Positions 32,204 to 45,022 of a stretch of DNA of 64,000 nt are shown here, in pieces (the stretch's first letter is position 1; each line of letters begins with the position of its first letter). The DNA comes from Cyanophora paradoxa CCMP329 (taxonomy: Eukaryota > Plantae > Glaucophyta): the NCBI GenBank assembly GCA_004431415.1, contig QPMI01000587.1, forward strand, positions 45,205 to 109,204, written 5' to 3'. A program made the translations under genes and the position numbers. The notes under the pieces were generated by a model, which was given only the letters and a program-made list of their open reading frames with translations, was not told the DNA's origin and did no database searches.

Positions 32204-33019
32204 TTATGTTGATAATGGAGAGCACCATGGGGTTCTCGACACATTGCAAAAGATGTGAACAGTTAGACGCAGACGTTCACTGTAAACATCCATTGCTGTG
32301 AGCCAGAAAATTGTCGAGGAAATCCCGGAGTCCATGCTCCAGATCACCTTGCTGACTCTGGGCTCACTGAAATCCGGGTGCAGGCGCTTGGTGTGGTGCA
32401 CATCCTCCAAATGTTGAAAGCAATTTCTTAACACCGCACACTTGAACGTTGCATTCACCTCTGGTCTCCAAGGAGGCCACAACCCTTTTCTCTGCAGACG
32501 CACTCCTAAATTTGTGTCCTCATAACCCCATCCCCAATTCTCAGCCGGAAAACCATCAACAGCTGCAAACTGTTTTGCCGACAAAATAACGACACCACCG
32601 AAATAATCCTGTCCAAGTGAATGATAGGTAGGATGAGTTTCAGGCGACACAAGCTGCACTGGCCTTTCCAATGAGTGTGCATAATCAAGCTCAGGCGAGA
32701 TTGGAATGAGATCAACGTCATGTAAACAAATACGAGAGAGCCGCGCACGCTGGATAAATGTGAACCCGGCATTCAAAAGAGCGCCTCTATTAAAAAAATA
32801 ATCGGGTGTTTGTTCGACAAAAATGAAGAGATCGCGAACGCTCAAATACGCCCGTAGATGATGAGAGATTTTCGCAGCGTGGTTGTCGCGATTTCGAACG
32901 GGGACTAGAACAACCAAATTGTCACTTTCGTTGCTCATGCTCACGCATACTAAGACACAAAACGAGAGCAGGAATAAAACTGCGTAATAGGACCTCGCAA
33001 ACATCGCTGTGGGGGCCAT
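32204..33019 (-). CDS. GT7 family beta-1,4-galactosyltransferase-like protein
   Basis: N-terminal anchor; VPVRNR, FNRGALLNAGF, HDVDL, YFGGV, WGWGYED. Confidence 0.92.
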   Translation of the reverse strand: MAPTAMFARSYYAVLFLLSFCVLVCVSMSNESDNLVVLVPVRNRDNHAAKISHHLRAYLSVRDLFIFVEQTPDYFFNRGALLNAGFTFIQRARLSRICLHDVDLIPISPELDYAHSLERPVQLVSPETHPTYHSLGQDYFGGVVILSAKQFAAVDGFPAENWGWGYEDTNLGVRLQRKGLWPPWRPEVNATFKCAVLRNCFQHLEDVHHTKRLHPDFSEPRVSKVIWSMDSGISSTIFWLTAMDVYSERLRLTVHIFCNVSRTPWCSPLST

Positions 33020-33198
33020 GAGACGAGGAATGTACTAAGGATACGATTGGGCTTTCACAAAAAAAGGACGATCCCGGCTCTCGCTGCCCCTTGCGTTTAC
33101 CTATTTATCTGACTCCTCGGTGGCTGCCTTAATCGGATGAGTTACTTTTACTCAATTGATTGATCAAAGCTGTCTAGAGCGGATCTCTAGAGTCGACG

Positions 33199-34527
33199 TC
33201 AAGTTTGATCAAGAGTCACTGCAAGTGTTAAAGCGTTGATAAGAATCGAGGGTTCCATGTAGAAGTCATCATCTTGACTCTTCGCTGGTACTTGAAGAAC
33301 CGCGTACTTGATTTGCATGTGTGATGCAAGAAGATAAAAGCATGGCTGATGATAATGCTCTGGTATGATTTCAAGCAATGTTGTATTTCGGCGTGAAAAC
33401 AAAATGTTGCTAGAACCTGACCCATGTGGTCCAACGACAACGGAAGCTGACTGAAACAAACGAATTTGGCTGGTCATCGCTTCCTCACCAGTATGTTCGA
33501 TCACTTCGTAAAAAGATTCAAAGTTTAATCGGATATGATGGAGAACTGCCCTCCAGTTGACCATGTGCCTTTTCCCAGGACGACGCACCATGAAAAGTAG
33601 GACCGGCCTTTTAGCAAACGAAGGCTCATCTGGCACCTCCAGAGTGGACAAAATGAAATCTCTTGTCAACACTGCTTGAGCAGGGGATATTCCAGTGCAA
33701 GGTATGCTCTGTGAAACAATGAGAGTGTCTGCCAAGTACTGAGGAGCAATCCTCGTAAGTAGGTGTTTCACAAACGGGGGTTCATTCTTGATGTCGTGCA
33801 AAAATGCCTTTAAGTGCACGGATTCCGATATAAGAATAGAAAGTTTGTCACAAAGTCGTATCTTAGTCAACATAGCTATCTTTGGAAGAACGTTCAGTCT
33901 GCAAATGCGTCAGATTGGCCCGATATAACAATTGGATACTCACAAGAAATGATAGTAGCAGTGGTCCCACTCTTGTATTGCGGAAAACAAGACAGCTTCA
34001 CGAACTGTCCCTGATGATTCCTTGAGGTCGGCCTTCTTCCCGCACCCTGACGATGGAAGAACTCTTGAATTTCGAAAAACTGTTTCTGGAGGAGTGAACC
34101 ACGCCTGTGCTAATAAGCCAACGAAAGGGTCTTCGTCCCATGCATCAATGTGTGTTCCGTCCCAGAAAGGGTTCCAGAAGTCGGAGTTATCAATCGTCTC
34201 GAACGAGCAGCTCCTTGTGGAGCAATTAAAAAAGAACGCTGGAAAAAGATTCGCCGCGCGATGCGGCATGTTCCAAAGTATCCTGTCAGGCATTAGGTGC
34301 TGGCCGGAAGAGCCATCCACCACCATCAGTCTGAAGCATTCCCAGGCCACAGGTGCCGAATCGTCAGTTGAATTCGACATCCAAGACTTTTCCGTAGAGA
34401 GGTCCTCCGCAATAGCTTCCGATGAAGTAATTGGCCTCAGAACAACAACTGCTGGAAATGCAAAAGAGAGTAGCCACAACGCGAGTAAGCAACGTCGCAA
34501 TATCTTTGGTAAGCTTCGAGAGAACAT
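33199..34527 (-). CDS. GT61-like glycosyltransferase, 2 exons (intron 33943-33899)
   Basis: 45-nt gtgagt..tttgcag intron joins YYHFL to LNVLPKI; QIRLFQSASVVVGPHGSGSSNILF; N-terminal anchor. Confidence 0.88.
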
Positions 34528-34699
34528 GACCTTGAAGCGGATGAAGAATCACCTTCTAGATGAAGAGTTTAATCCGCCGCTCGGATTTTAGGATCTACGT
34601 TCCGCTTTGCTGTTAGCTCGAGCTTGGTGTCAACATCTGCAAGTGCTTTTCTGTTCTGGTACGAATGTTTTGTCATTGAGCTCTGAATGCCGTGCTCGT

Positions 34700-34962
34700 T
34701 GCCCTTAGGTGCTAGCCTTAGCTAGGGAAATATGCACATGGCGCTAGCCTTAGGAACGCTAGAAGGCGAGTCTCCGCCACTCCAACTGGGACCCCCACCG
34801 AGCCACCGTCTGCGCCCGGGGGTGGCCCCGAAAGAGGCTCAGATTTGGGGTGCATCTTTCTTCTATTTTCTAGCAGATTGGAAAACTGGGGCCTTCGACT
34901 GAGTGACTCCCTGGTGAGTGGGTCATCTGCCTAAGGCAGCACCTTGTGCATGTTCGCCCTGG
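34700..34962. repeat. Copies of host repeat family
   Basis: gcgctagccttagg and ttggggtgcatctttcttctatttt motifs. Confidence 0.8.
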
Positions 34963-36082
34963 TGATAGGCCCTCGCCGAGAGGGGCGGCAGTTAGATTGG
35001 GTTCTTGTATTGTTTTTCTCATATTCATCAGTTTGTCATCACAGAGCTGACGTTAGCTGGCAATTGGTAGCATCGGGGTTACAACCTCCCTCATTCAACC
35101 GTGGGTCCTAAACGATTCGCTGGTTGGGAGCGAATAGCAAATGGGTTACAGCGACTCGAGCTTAAATCAGACGACACAGGGAGCGAACCGGTAGTTGAAA
35201 TAGACTCTCCTAAACACAATTTGTCGGAAATGGGTGATGCTCTTACCAACGAACAATTGTTGGCCTTCTCTAGGGATCCTAACCTGCAATACTCTGGAGA
35301 AGCTGATGGCATATGTGATCTCGAAACGTATAAAATGTCGTTAGAAAATTATTTCGGTCGCCAGAATTATTCCGTAGCCGATAAGTACAGTATTATTCTG
35401 CACACCTGTCGCAAAGAAGCAAAAAAGTTGGTCGCAAAAATGGCCGTCCCCAATCCTGCACCTGCAAACTTCATTGAAACGATTTTTACAGAGTTTGAAA
35501 ATCATTTTGGTTTATCGGAAACCGACTTCCAACGTAAAGCTCCCCGATTCAGATGAACTTGATCTGCGGAGATTTCTTTCATTGGCCTGTGATGTTGTAC
35601 CAAAGGCGTTCCCTGATGAGGGCGCAAAAAGCCATGTCCGCAGAGTCCATGAGAAATTAGCTCAACTGAACTCTGATGGGTTTGTTCCTCTTGCGAAGAA
35701 TATTAAGACAATCTCCGATTTTCAGAATTTTCGTGAGCATGCTGAGAACCATTCGAAGGTCGCAAAAATATTCGCTGAGGCCAAGTCAGGTAAAGAAAAG
35801 GTTACAGAGGTTCCAGGCAAGCAAGCTGCCTCAAATCAAACCAATACAGAATCGAAGGTTGTGTCTCGCACTGGAGATGTGGATATCAATATCGCTCCTT
35901 CTGGACCGCCAGCTGGCTCAGCATCTTTTGTGAATCCTTACTTGTATCCATCAATGGTTCCCTACGGGAACATCGGATTCATGCATCCGATGGGATATGC
36001 ACAAATTGGAAACCTCAGCAAGGGATATGGAAATCAATCCGGATTTTATGGAAATTGGAAACCTCACACAAGGCGGAGAGAG
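34963..36082 (+). mobile_element. Truncated Gypsy-like element D: ~100-bp LTR, PBS (35065-35076) and frameshifted gag (from 35230)
   Basis: Same PBS as element B; gag resembles B gag (KYDG/QYSG, DKFQII/DKYSII, SETD, EFDLRVFLS/ELDLRRFLS, PKAWP/PKAFP). Confidence 0.75.
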
Positions 36083-36580
36083 ATGCACAAGGCGCTAGCC
36101 TTAGGCAGATGACCCTCCCAAAAGCAAGTCACTCAGTTGAAGGCCCCAGGTTTCCAATCTGCCAGAAAATAGAAGAAAGATGCACACCAAATCTCTCTGG
36201 GGGAACATGCACAAGGCGCTAGCCTTAGGAAGATGACCCACCCACCAGCAAGTCACTCAGTCGAAGGCCCCAGATTTCGGATCTGTGGCAAAATAGAAGA
36301 AAGATGCACCCCAAATCTCTCTGGGAATATCCACAAGGCGCTAGCCTTAGGCAGATGACCCACCCACCAGCAAGTCACTCAGTCAAATGCCCCAGGTTTC
36401 CGATCTTCCACAAAATGGAAGGATGCACCCCAAATCTCTCTGGGGGAATATGCACAAGGCGCTAGCCTTAGGCAGATGACCCACCCACCAGCAAGTCACT
36501 CAGTTGAAGGCCCCAGGTTTCGGATCTGTGGCAAAATAGAAGAAAGATGCACCTTAAATCTCTCTGGGGGGAGATGCAGA
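36083..36580 (+). repeat. Tandem array of four ~124-bp units of the host repeat family
   Basis: cacaaggcgctagccttagg recurs at about 36086, 36210, 36332 and 36454. Confidence 0.92.
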
Positions 36581-36582
36581 TG

Positions 36583-36910
36583 TGTGCATATTCCCCCAGA
36601 GAGATTTGGGGTGCATATTCCTTCTATTTTGTAGCGGATTGGAAACCTGGGGCCTTTGACTGAGTGACTTTTCCCCTGTAAGAGGCTCTGCCCTTCTAAG
36701 TGGGACCCCCACCGAGTGTTTGGGGACTTGAATGTTTCCTGGGTTCACTCCCGCTTAGCCCTAGTCAGTTTGAATTCCCGTCGGGCCCACAACAGCAAGG
36801 TCAGGTGCACACAAAAACTTTCCAGGGGGAACATGCACAAGGCGCTAGCCTTCGGCAGGTGCACCCTGCCCAGCTGCTGCCCTGTAAGAGGCTCAGCCAT
36901 TCCAAGTGCG
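36583..36910. repeat. Inverted and composite copies of host repeat family
   Basis: tgtgcatattcccccagagagatttggggtgc is the reverse complement of the array unit. Confidence 0.8.
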
Positions 36911-37378
36911 GTACAGAATCTGTCTACGAACAGCACTGCCACCCCACTCCCGCCCCGCCCGGCCCCCCACCCACTTTCCCACTCCGCGACCAAACGGGCG
37001 CCCTCCCCGTATTGTTCAAGCGATATGGACGCTGAGCCATCCCCTACTCAGCTGCCATCGATCCTGACGACCCTCCGTATGATCCCCGAGTACTTCCCCT
37101 CCTCAACGGCATAAGATCTCGCCTGGCCACCCTTAAAGCGGCTCCCCTCTCCCTCATCGACCCCAACCCTCGATCTGGGGCCCACCTGGCCACACCCCTT
37201 CTCCTTGAACAACCCATACCTGCAGAACCAATCGATGCTTTCTTCAGACTCCTTCAAAACCGGCAATTCTCCTTCCGGCTGCATGCCCCAACCACCCCCA
37301 AGTGCCTCTTCCTCTCGTCCTCCCAAGCAACCTCAATCTCCATGGGCACAGCCCCAACTGCCCTCTCGCTCAAGACCC

Positions 37379-37700
37379 CCCCTGCAAACTGTTTTGTGTG
37401 GGTGGGGACCCCTGTGAGATTTCAGGGGGTGGTGGGGGGGGGCTGACCCCACATCAGATACTAGAAAAGACACACTTCTCCTGTCACATCAATCCAGTCA
37501 AAGATCTCTCGAGACCCCCAGCCTACCCCTGCAAACTGTTTTGTATGGGTGGGGACCCCTGTGAGATTTTAGGGGGTACTGGGGGGGCCTGACCCCGCAT
37601 CAGAGACTAGAAAAGTAACACTCCTCCCGTCACATCAATCCATTCCAAGAGCTCAAGAGACTCCCAGCCTACCCCTGCACACTGTTTTGTGTGGGCTCTG
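37379..37700 (+). repeat. ~148-bp tandem repeat (2+ units)
   Basis: cccctgca(a/c)actgttttgt at about 37379, 37526 and 37672. Confidence 0.85.
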
Positions 37701-37974
37701 GGGATGTCAACTCTGGATGTTCCAGACAGCGCTAGGATTCTCCAGAGCACTTTGACAGGTTTGCATGACTCTAGGGAGCATTTCTTTTCTAGTTTCAAGT
37801 TTGGGTTCAGGGCTCCCGCATTGCCCCCTCAAATCTCACTGGAGGGCCCCTGTGAGATTTGGGTGGCCGTGGGGGGAGCCCCCATTCCCAAACTAGAAAA
37901 ATGAACAGTGACACTCACCTGGCTATGCAACCCTGTCAGAGCTGTTGGAGGATCCCAGCACTCTCAGCCAAGTG

Positions 37975-38140
37975 ATTTGTGTGGGTGGGACTTGCTGGTT
38001 GGAAGAGTAATCTGCCTAAGGCTAGCGCCTTGTGCATATTCCCCCAGAGAGATGCGAAGCGCATCCTTCTTCTATATTCTGGCAGATCGGAAACCTGGGG
38101 CCTTCGACTGAGTGAGTTGCTGGTGGGTGGGTCATCTTTT
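37975..38140 (-). repeat. Copy of host repeat family
   Basis: ctgcctaaggctagcgccttgtgcatattcccccagagaga. Confidence 0.85.
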
Positions 38141-38731
38141 GCACACGCAAGCTTAAGAACCTACGGGCGGAGCGCAGCCTTGGAGCGCGGCAGCCTGGCG
38201 ACATGACTTGGTGCACGGGGCGGAGGCGCCAGGGGTGGCAGCGCGGCTCGCCGGGCGGAGCGGAGGCGCGCGGGGCAGCCACCAGGCGCCGTGGCTCGCC
38301 TGTTGGGGCGCAGCCTTGGAGCGTGGCGGCCTGGCGGCATGGCTCAGCGGCTTGGCGGACGGAGTGGAGGCCCCAAGGGTGGCGGCAAGGTTCTAAGGGC
38401 GGGGCAGAGGCATGCAGGGTGGCAGCTCGCGGGTGGATGCTTGGCCGCCGGGACATGGCAGAGCAGAGGATCGGAACGCTGGGGCGGGGTGGACCCGCAG
38501 GCACGGAGGCGGTGGATCCGGAGCGGCGTGCAGCCTACGGAGCAGGGCCAGGTCTTTGCCTACCGAGTGCTGCCCACTAAGCCTCATTGATGCTAAGACA
38601 GACTCTCTGAGACAGGGTCCCAGGGTGGCTGAGGGAGCAGGCATGCATTGGCAGGGCTTACCACACGTGAGTGTGGGCTTGTTGCAAAAAAAAGAATGAT
38701 CCCATTATCCATGAGGTTGCCTCAGTGGAAA

Positions 38732-38924
38732 TGAAATGAAGCAGCTGGATGAATGTGGCTGCGATAAGCTGCTGCATCCCAAGGTGTGCTAGGCTACATT
38801 AGAGATGCGATCATTTATTCATGGGACAACCCAAGACTGACTACAACCAAGACACAGCAAGGGGAAGGGGGAGAACTAGGCATCCTAAGAGAGAACAGGG
38901 GAAGAGTCACTACGCTTCACAACA
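38732..38924 (+). repeat. ~190-bp direct duplication of 40345-40537
   Basis: tgaaatgaagcagctgg...cgcttcacaaca reads the same in both places. Confidence 0.9.
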
Positions 38925-40344
38925 ATCGCTCTGTGGTAGAAATGGCCACGTCCTCGCTGGCCCAATAATAATAGAAGAACAGCAACAATGCTCCAAGATG
39001 CAAATGCATCCATATTCTGTATATCTTGACTCGCACTGACCATGTGGACTTCAGATGAGAGGACATCACTCAGCAATGAGAAGAAGCACAACCAAAGCTG
39101 GCCTGTTGTCAAAACAACCTTTGACCATACAATCAACTCCAGAGTGAGAAAACAGCATGCCCATCATGCGACAGAGCCTGTGACATCAATCATGGCAACT
39201 CTTGGCCTAGTCCAGGAAAAAACTGTCCATGGTGACTCATCCTCAAAGTAGGTGGCAAAGAGAGCCTGTCCTCACCATTGCTACTACTCCATTCAAATGG
39301 TTTTCACTCCTCCAATCGCTAGTGTGTAGTGGTTAACCAGCTCCGTCCAACTCCAGACTCCAAGAACATTTTTAACAGATGAGCCACTTTCCAGCAATCT
39401 TGTAAATCCTCTGGTCTCCTGCAAATGCTGGAGCGCACCTAAGAGGAAGATGTGCTGGGAGCGTGGCTGACTCTTCAGTAGCTCACTGTGCAGCATTGCA
39501 TGTCCAAAGTCCAGCAGTCAGATGAAGGTAGGCAATTCCTTGTACATGTCCAACAGTGGTGACCCTTTCGCACCAAGAATACTGTCCTGTGATTCCAGCT
39601 TTGGCAATCAAGGAAAACAAATCATCCAGGGATTGTAACATCCTGGGAAAAACAAATCTCCGACATGCACCAAGAAATAAGAGGAGCTTCGAGCTGCAAG
39701 TACTACATACAGAGGTAACACTGTGCTGCAAGACAAGATTTTTTTTGGTGGGGCCTGTGAAATGAACATCTACGTTCGGAAGCAGAGAGACAACAGGCAC
39801 TCGAAAGACATCTAGTAGGAACCACTGCGAAGGGAAAAGTGCCAATGCACCACCTGCGAATGAAAAGTGCCAATGCACCACCTGCGAATGCAGGCCACAG
39901 CAGTGTGCGTACGTCTCCAAGTACATGTCGTCAAACCTTCTCGTGTGAAACGCGACAGCCCTTTCGAAAATATTCCCAGTTTCGCGAAGTGCGAATGCAC
40001 TTCCCAGCGACTGGTATGAAGAACAACGTGCGAATGCACGGACCATCCCTGTCAAAACAGAGACATGGGCTTGTCGGGCCAGAACGAGAACTACGGCTTC
40101 AAATATGAGAACGTGATGTAGCGGTGCGTAATCCATGCGAAACCAGAGCGTTGCTCGCTCTGTGGTAGAAAAAAAAGACGATGGCCGATAACAGAATGTG
40201 AAGCGTAGGACATAAATATAGTGGAAAGCATTCCAATGCTAGCCTAGCACGAAAAAAATAGTTTGCTGAATTTTGTGCACACCGGTTTGAAGGAATGATC
40301 AAAATCACCACGTGCACGGGAATCGTTCCGCGGCGGCCCCCAAT

Positions 40345-40794
40345 TGAAATGAAGCAGCTGGATGAATGTGGCTGCGATAAGCTGCTGCATCCCAAGGTGT
40401 GCTAGGCTACATTAGAGATGCGATCATTTATTCATGGGACAACCCAAGACTGACTACAACCAAGACACAGCAAGGGGAAGGGGGAGAACTAGGCATCCTA
40501 AGAGAGAACAGGGGAAGAGTCACTACGCTTCACAACAGAAATTCGCCCAGACATTCGTCCTGGCTATGGTCAAGCGCATTCGCGTGGAATTGAAAATGTT
40601 TTGGATGATTCGAAAAGTGCTATTGATGGGTAGCGGCCAGAAAGGATCAAAGAACACTTGGGAGAACATGTTTACCCGTCATTTGCAAGAGTCTCGTGTA
40701 TTATCTCCAGAAGCCAGCACAAGCCCCCAACTGACTTCCACACACAAGGCACAGGGCTATACTACGAGGGAGAGTTTGGGTTCGAGATACAACA
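40345..40794 (-). repeat. Solo/partial LTR related to Gypsy A
   Basis: 40630-40794 matches 3710-3873 and ends at the same TG boundary; left limit uncertain. Confidence 0.6.
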
Positions 40795-40910
40795 CTAGTA
40801 GAGTAGTGGTAGTTAGTGGAAATCGTGGAAAATTGGAACGGAAGTGGTTTAAGAATTTTTTTTCTGATGAGCTGTGGTGGAAGCGAGATACCCCTGCTTA
40901 AAAGCATTTT

Positions 40911-41606
40911 ATGTCATCTACAAATCATTCGAAGCCGGTTTCCCTGAAGTTGTCTTTTGATGATAATGGCCCAGACTCAATTGAAATTTGTTCTCTGGAC
41001 TCCCAGAGCCGTCCTGCTGAGCCTGCATTCACAGGGCCGCGTCGCTTCCTGACCTCAGCTCTGGGGAGGTCAACTCTGGACGTTGTCATTCAGGGCAAAC
41101 ATCACAAATTCCTTCTCCACAGCGGGGCAGATGTCTCTTTCATGCTTTCTTCTTCTATCTCTTCTCTTGGACTTCAAAAAAAGGTGTTTAGAACTTTTCA
41201 CACTCCTTCTGTCAAGCTCCCGAATTCTGCATTGGTGGCTGTTCCTGGTGAGGTTCATGTGGCTGCTATTATTGGGCCCCTCACTCGGAGTGTTCCCTTT
41301 CTTGTGGTTGATTTCCCGGGATATGCATTCGATGGCATCTTAGGCCAAGAATTCTTTTCTGATAATGGAGTCACCTATTGCAATAAGGACGCTGACAATC
41401 GATTTGTGGTCTTCGCCAAGCACCCAGACAAGCCAGTTAAGTGTGGAATCCTCTCTTTCTTACCTGGCACCTCTACGCAGCTGAGTTCTCGGTCGCCGGA
41501 GACAGGTGCAGACAAAACCTTTCCAGGGCAAAGGAGAGTATGTGAAGGAAGTGGAACCAAAAGAAGTTCCCCCTCAGTCTTTCTTCATCATCAGTTTAAA
41601 TTTTAG
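40911..41606 (+). pseudogene. Gypsy A-related protease fragment, catalytic Asp replaced (LHSGAD)
   Basis: Colinear with Gypsy A protease (GRS..V.I.G..F.L.SGAD, LPNS..V.VPGE, PFLVVDFP, GILGQ.F); truncated by host repeat. Confidence 0.85.
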
Positions 41607-41895
41607 CCCTGGTCAGTTTAAATTCCCATCTGGCCCACAATAGGAAGTCAGGTGCACACAAAAACTTTCCAGGGGAAACATGCACAAGGTGCTAGCCTTA
41701 GGCAGGTGCACCTTGCCCAGCAGAGGCCCTGTAAGAGGCTCAGGCATTCGGAATGGGATGGGTGTTTAGGGCTTTGAATGTTCCCTGGGTTCACTGACTT
41801 CCTGTTGTGGGCCCGACGGGGATTTGAACTGACCAGGGCTTAGAAGGAGTGAACCAAACATTCCCGTGGGTCCACAACAGGAAGGCCAGGTGCCC
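41600..41895. repeat. Composite copies of host repeat family
   Basis: gtcaggtgcacacaaaaactttccagggg..gctagccttaggcagg. Confidence 0.8.
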
Positions 41896-42300
41896 ACACG
41901 ACAATCAAATCCCGCTCCTGCTGAGAGTGTCTTTCAACCCATTGTATAGCTTCGAACAGCTTCTTTTCATCGTTCCACTTACTACCAGTTGTCAGGAAGC
42001 GTAGTTCCCTTCCCCTTTTGCCATAGCAAATGAAGCATGTATGTTAGCAATCCCCCATCCCTTTTGTAGGGGTATGTCATTCAATCATACATGGATACTA
42101 CACGTGTGTGCATGTGCGTCCCGGCACGGCACTGCGCCGTGTGCGGAAGTGGCCTAGAACCCATCGTATAGCTTCTAGCAGCTTCTTTTCAAACTTCCTG
42201 TTGTGGGCCTGACGTGAACTCAAACTGACCAAGGGTGGGCCCCCGCAGAGACTATTCTAATCTTGTGAGCTCTTGATACTATTACACAGTAAGTGATCCT

Positions 42301-43278
42301 TTACAACAGCGCCCAAGGGGAGCAGGCCCCAAACCCGGACAGAGTGGAAGGAGGCATGAATAACTCTGGCCATCCTGTATTAACTGAATTTCCATTAAAT
42401 GCTAGCTTCATTTGATCAGGTGAGTAGTCGATGCCAATTATACACTTGGTGTTCAAACCACACATGAACTGAGGCGAATGAATTCGGAAAATTCGGAATG
42501 CGGAGACCCACAAGCCAAGGGAGACATCTTCATTGCGTGTAATCCGGAGATTTTTTTTTTGAGCCAAAACCTGTTTTATCAAGTTGAATGATATAACATA
42601 TCCTGGTCCTCTAGCGAACGGGGGCAAGTGAAGACCCAAATCCCATGTTGGATCTCTCCATTTTCCACTTCGGTCTCTTTCTTGATCAATGCAGAAGCTC
42701 CCGAAGTGAATGTGGTCAACAAGTGAGTCATCTTTATTCAGTGCACAATTCGAGAATTGGAGCGTTGCCGTTGGGATCTGTGGAAGCAAGTTCGTGCCAT
42801 CTCTGACAATACGCTGAAGGAAAAATTTTAAACTCTTGGACTGCACAAAAGAGTTATCATCAACCTTCATAAAAAACAGACAATTGAAAGAAGAAACTGC
42901 GAATTCTAAGATCGCAAGAAGCTTGAAAGTAAGCCTCTCATACTGGTCAATAATATCGAGTTCGACTACATCAGGCTCATTAAATGCGGTTCCGTTACCC
43001 ACGAAAAATCGAAGAAAACAGCAGCTCTGGTCTTGGAACTCACTCCCCCACGTTTCTCGGATCGCATTTCGAAAATCAACCCGCTCGCTTGTAGAAAAAA
43101 CCGCAGTAAAAAGCAAACAGCGTGCAGAAGTTGGGGGGCTCACAGATTCCGCGGCATTGTTAATTTGAAGGAAGTTTGCTTGTGTATCACTACAGATAAT
43201 GCCCAAGAGATCGACATGAAGACGAAAAGTACACACTACTATTACCAAGCCAATGCCGAGTCGAAGACGTGAAAGCAT
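42301..43278 (-). CDS. GT31 family beta-1,3-galactosyltransferase-like protein
   Basis: RNAIRETWG, FFMKVDDNSFV, PPFARGPGYVIS, NEDVSLGLWV; N-terminal anchor. Confidence 0.93.
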   Translation of the reverse strand: MLSRLRLGIGLVIVVCTFRLHVDLLGIICSDTQANFLQINNAAESVSPPTSARCLLFTAVFSTSERVDFRNAIRETWGSEFQDQSCCFLRFFVGNGTAFNEPDVVELDIIDQYERLTFKLLAILEFAVSSFNCLFFMKVDDNSFVQSKSLKFFLQRIVRDGTNLLPQIPTATLQFSNCALNKDDSLVDHIHFGSFCIDQERDRSGKWRDPTWDLGLHLPPFARGPGYVISFNLIKQVLAQKKNLRITRNEDVSLGLWVSAFRIFRIHSPQFMCGLNTKCIIGIDYSPDQMKLAFNGNSVNTGWPELFMPPSTLSGFGACSPWALL

Positions 43279-43549
43279 CTAGTGAACTGTACAAAACAAG
43301 AAAGCTATCGGCGTCAACCAGAACAAGTTCAGTGGAAACCACGTGCACGACACAACACGTGCAGGGAAACAAGGGCCCCCCGAATGAAGCTGAAGAGCGC
43401 AGAAAAGCGTACCCGAAGGCTAGCGCCTTCCCGAAAAGCGGAATTGAGCAGGGCCGCCTCAGCAGGGCGGGTTGCACCTGCCTTCGGCTAGCGTTCTGTG
43501 CATTTTCCCCGTGGAAAGTTTCTGTGTGCATTTCATCTCGCAAGAGGAT

Positions 43550-44375
43550 ATGATGAACGTCTGACAATTTTTTCTGTTTTTAAACCCTTGCGAGGCTCTG
43601 ATGCTATTCATCAGCTCCGAGCTGCTTCCAGTTGGAAGAACATCCGCCCTCGGCGCCTCTGCTTTTCTTCGGCGACGAGGAGGGCGTTCATGAGTTAGCT
43701 GAGGTTTTGAATGCCACACACGTTGCCGATGTACACCGAAATGATCTCGGAACTCCAACGATAGGAGCCTTGTTCGCTGCCGCTTTCCTTCATTCGAACT
43801 CGTGTGTCCTGGAATTCGGACATTTCTCTATCGAGATCAGTCGGGATCGTCATGTCTCGATCGAGATCTCTAGCAAGTCTGCTTTGACGATCTGAAAACC
43901 TTCTTAATGGTTGGAAGAAGGCATACTATTTCATTGGCATCGAATGCGCGGATCTCTGATTTTTTTCGGAGGCAATTCTTCTCGAGTTGAGCGAAGGTCA
44001 TGCAGACGAAGATGGAGCTCTTGATTACTTTGTTTACAAGGGATTTCTGGCAGAATCAGACAATTCCGAACTTCGCGATTGGACGGTTCGCATCGGATAG
44101 CTGGCTGCTCGCTGCGGCATTAAATTCTTCACGAGCCGTTGTAGATGCTAGTGATGTTGTGCGGGCAATTCATCCGTTTCATGTCTATACTCACTCCGGC
44201 ACAAATGAATCATGGAATCCGAAAAAATTCAGCTGAGGCCCAGCACAATTTAGAGCTGGCTTCTTTAAGCACAGAGCAAATTATTTCATCAAGGCTCCGA
44301 TCTGTGCATCTGAAACTTTGCATGACGGATGCAGCCTCTGTCTATATCTGCAATATGCAGGGGGAGAATCGGTAA
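43550..44375 (+). pseudogene. GT-A-like glycosyltransferase, frameshifted or spliced
   Basis: Pieces TIFSVFKPLRG..Q.RA..SW, LFFGDEEG..GTP and IPNFAIGR..DSWL..DAS..AIH in different frames. Confidence 0.5.
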
Positions 44376-45022
44376 GTTGAGCAAAAGTGCGGGGGCAAAA
44401 TAGGTGAGCAAAGGCACAAAAGCATCATGAAATCAGCCTCGGGTCATCAGCTCGGTGGGATACGAAGAGGCTTCTGTTTTCGCTGTCATGCTGTTTGTGT
44501 GTCGGATTCATCGCTTCCCCGATTTTTGTTTTTTTGGCAGCGCGGATCACGAACAACGGTTCATGATCAAAGCTCATCCCAACAATCGACGATGAATGAC
44601 TTGAAACAATCATTGATGTCTGAAAAGCGGATTGCCTGACCGCGTAACGATTATTGTGTATTGACAATGACTTACAAGACCGATAAATAGAATGCATGGC
44701 AATTAAGGAATACGGCTAAATGATCGCTTGCCCATTGATCTTGCCGCGGGGGAGTGACCCAGAGGGTGGCGTATAGGGGCCAGATCTGACCTGGTCCTTT
44801 CCCGTCCAAAGGTGTGTTTTTCGGCGATCAATCATTTCAAGTTCGAGGCCCCCGAGGGGGCAAGAAGTGTTGTATTTGTCGGTGGAAAAAGCTTTGGGAT
44901 TCCATGGTTGGGCGATGGGGGCGAACCGCAATCCCCCTGAGTCGCTCTGTGCCCCATGATTCGTTGATATGTCAGTTGAATTCTCAGTTTGTGCAGCTCT
45001 TGCCCATGCCCAGCCCTAGCCC

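Noticed and set aside
36083-36580. Regularly spaced repeats resembling a CRISPR array
   Set aside because: The whole ~124-bp unit repeats with no unique spacers; no cas genes; eukaryotic context
38160-38580. GC-rich overlapping ORFs
   Set aside because: Degenerate gcagccttggagcg repeats explain the open frames
38930-40340. Possible decayed DNA-transposon coding sequence
   Set aside because: Only short stop-ridden fragments and a 28-bp tandem duplication near 39834-39890; no recognisable motif
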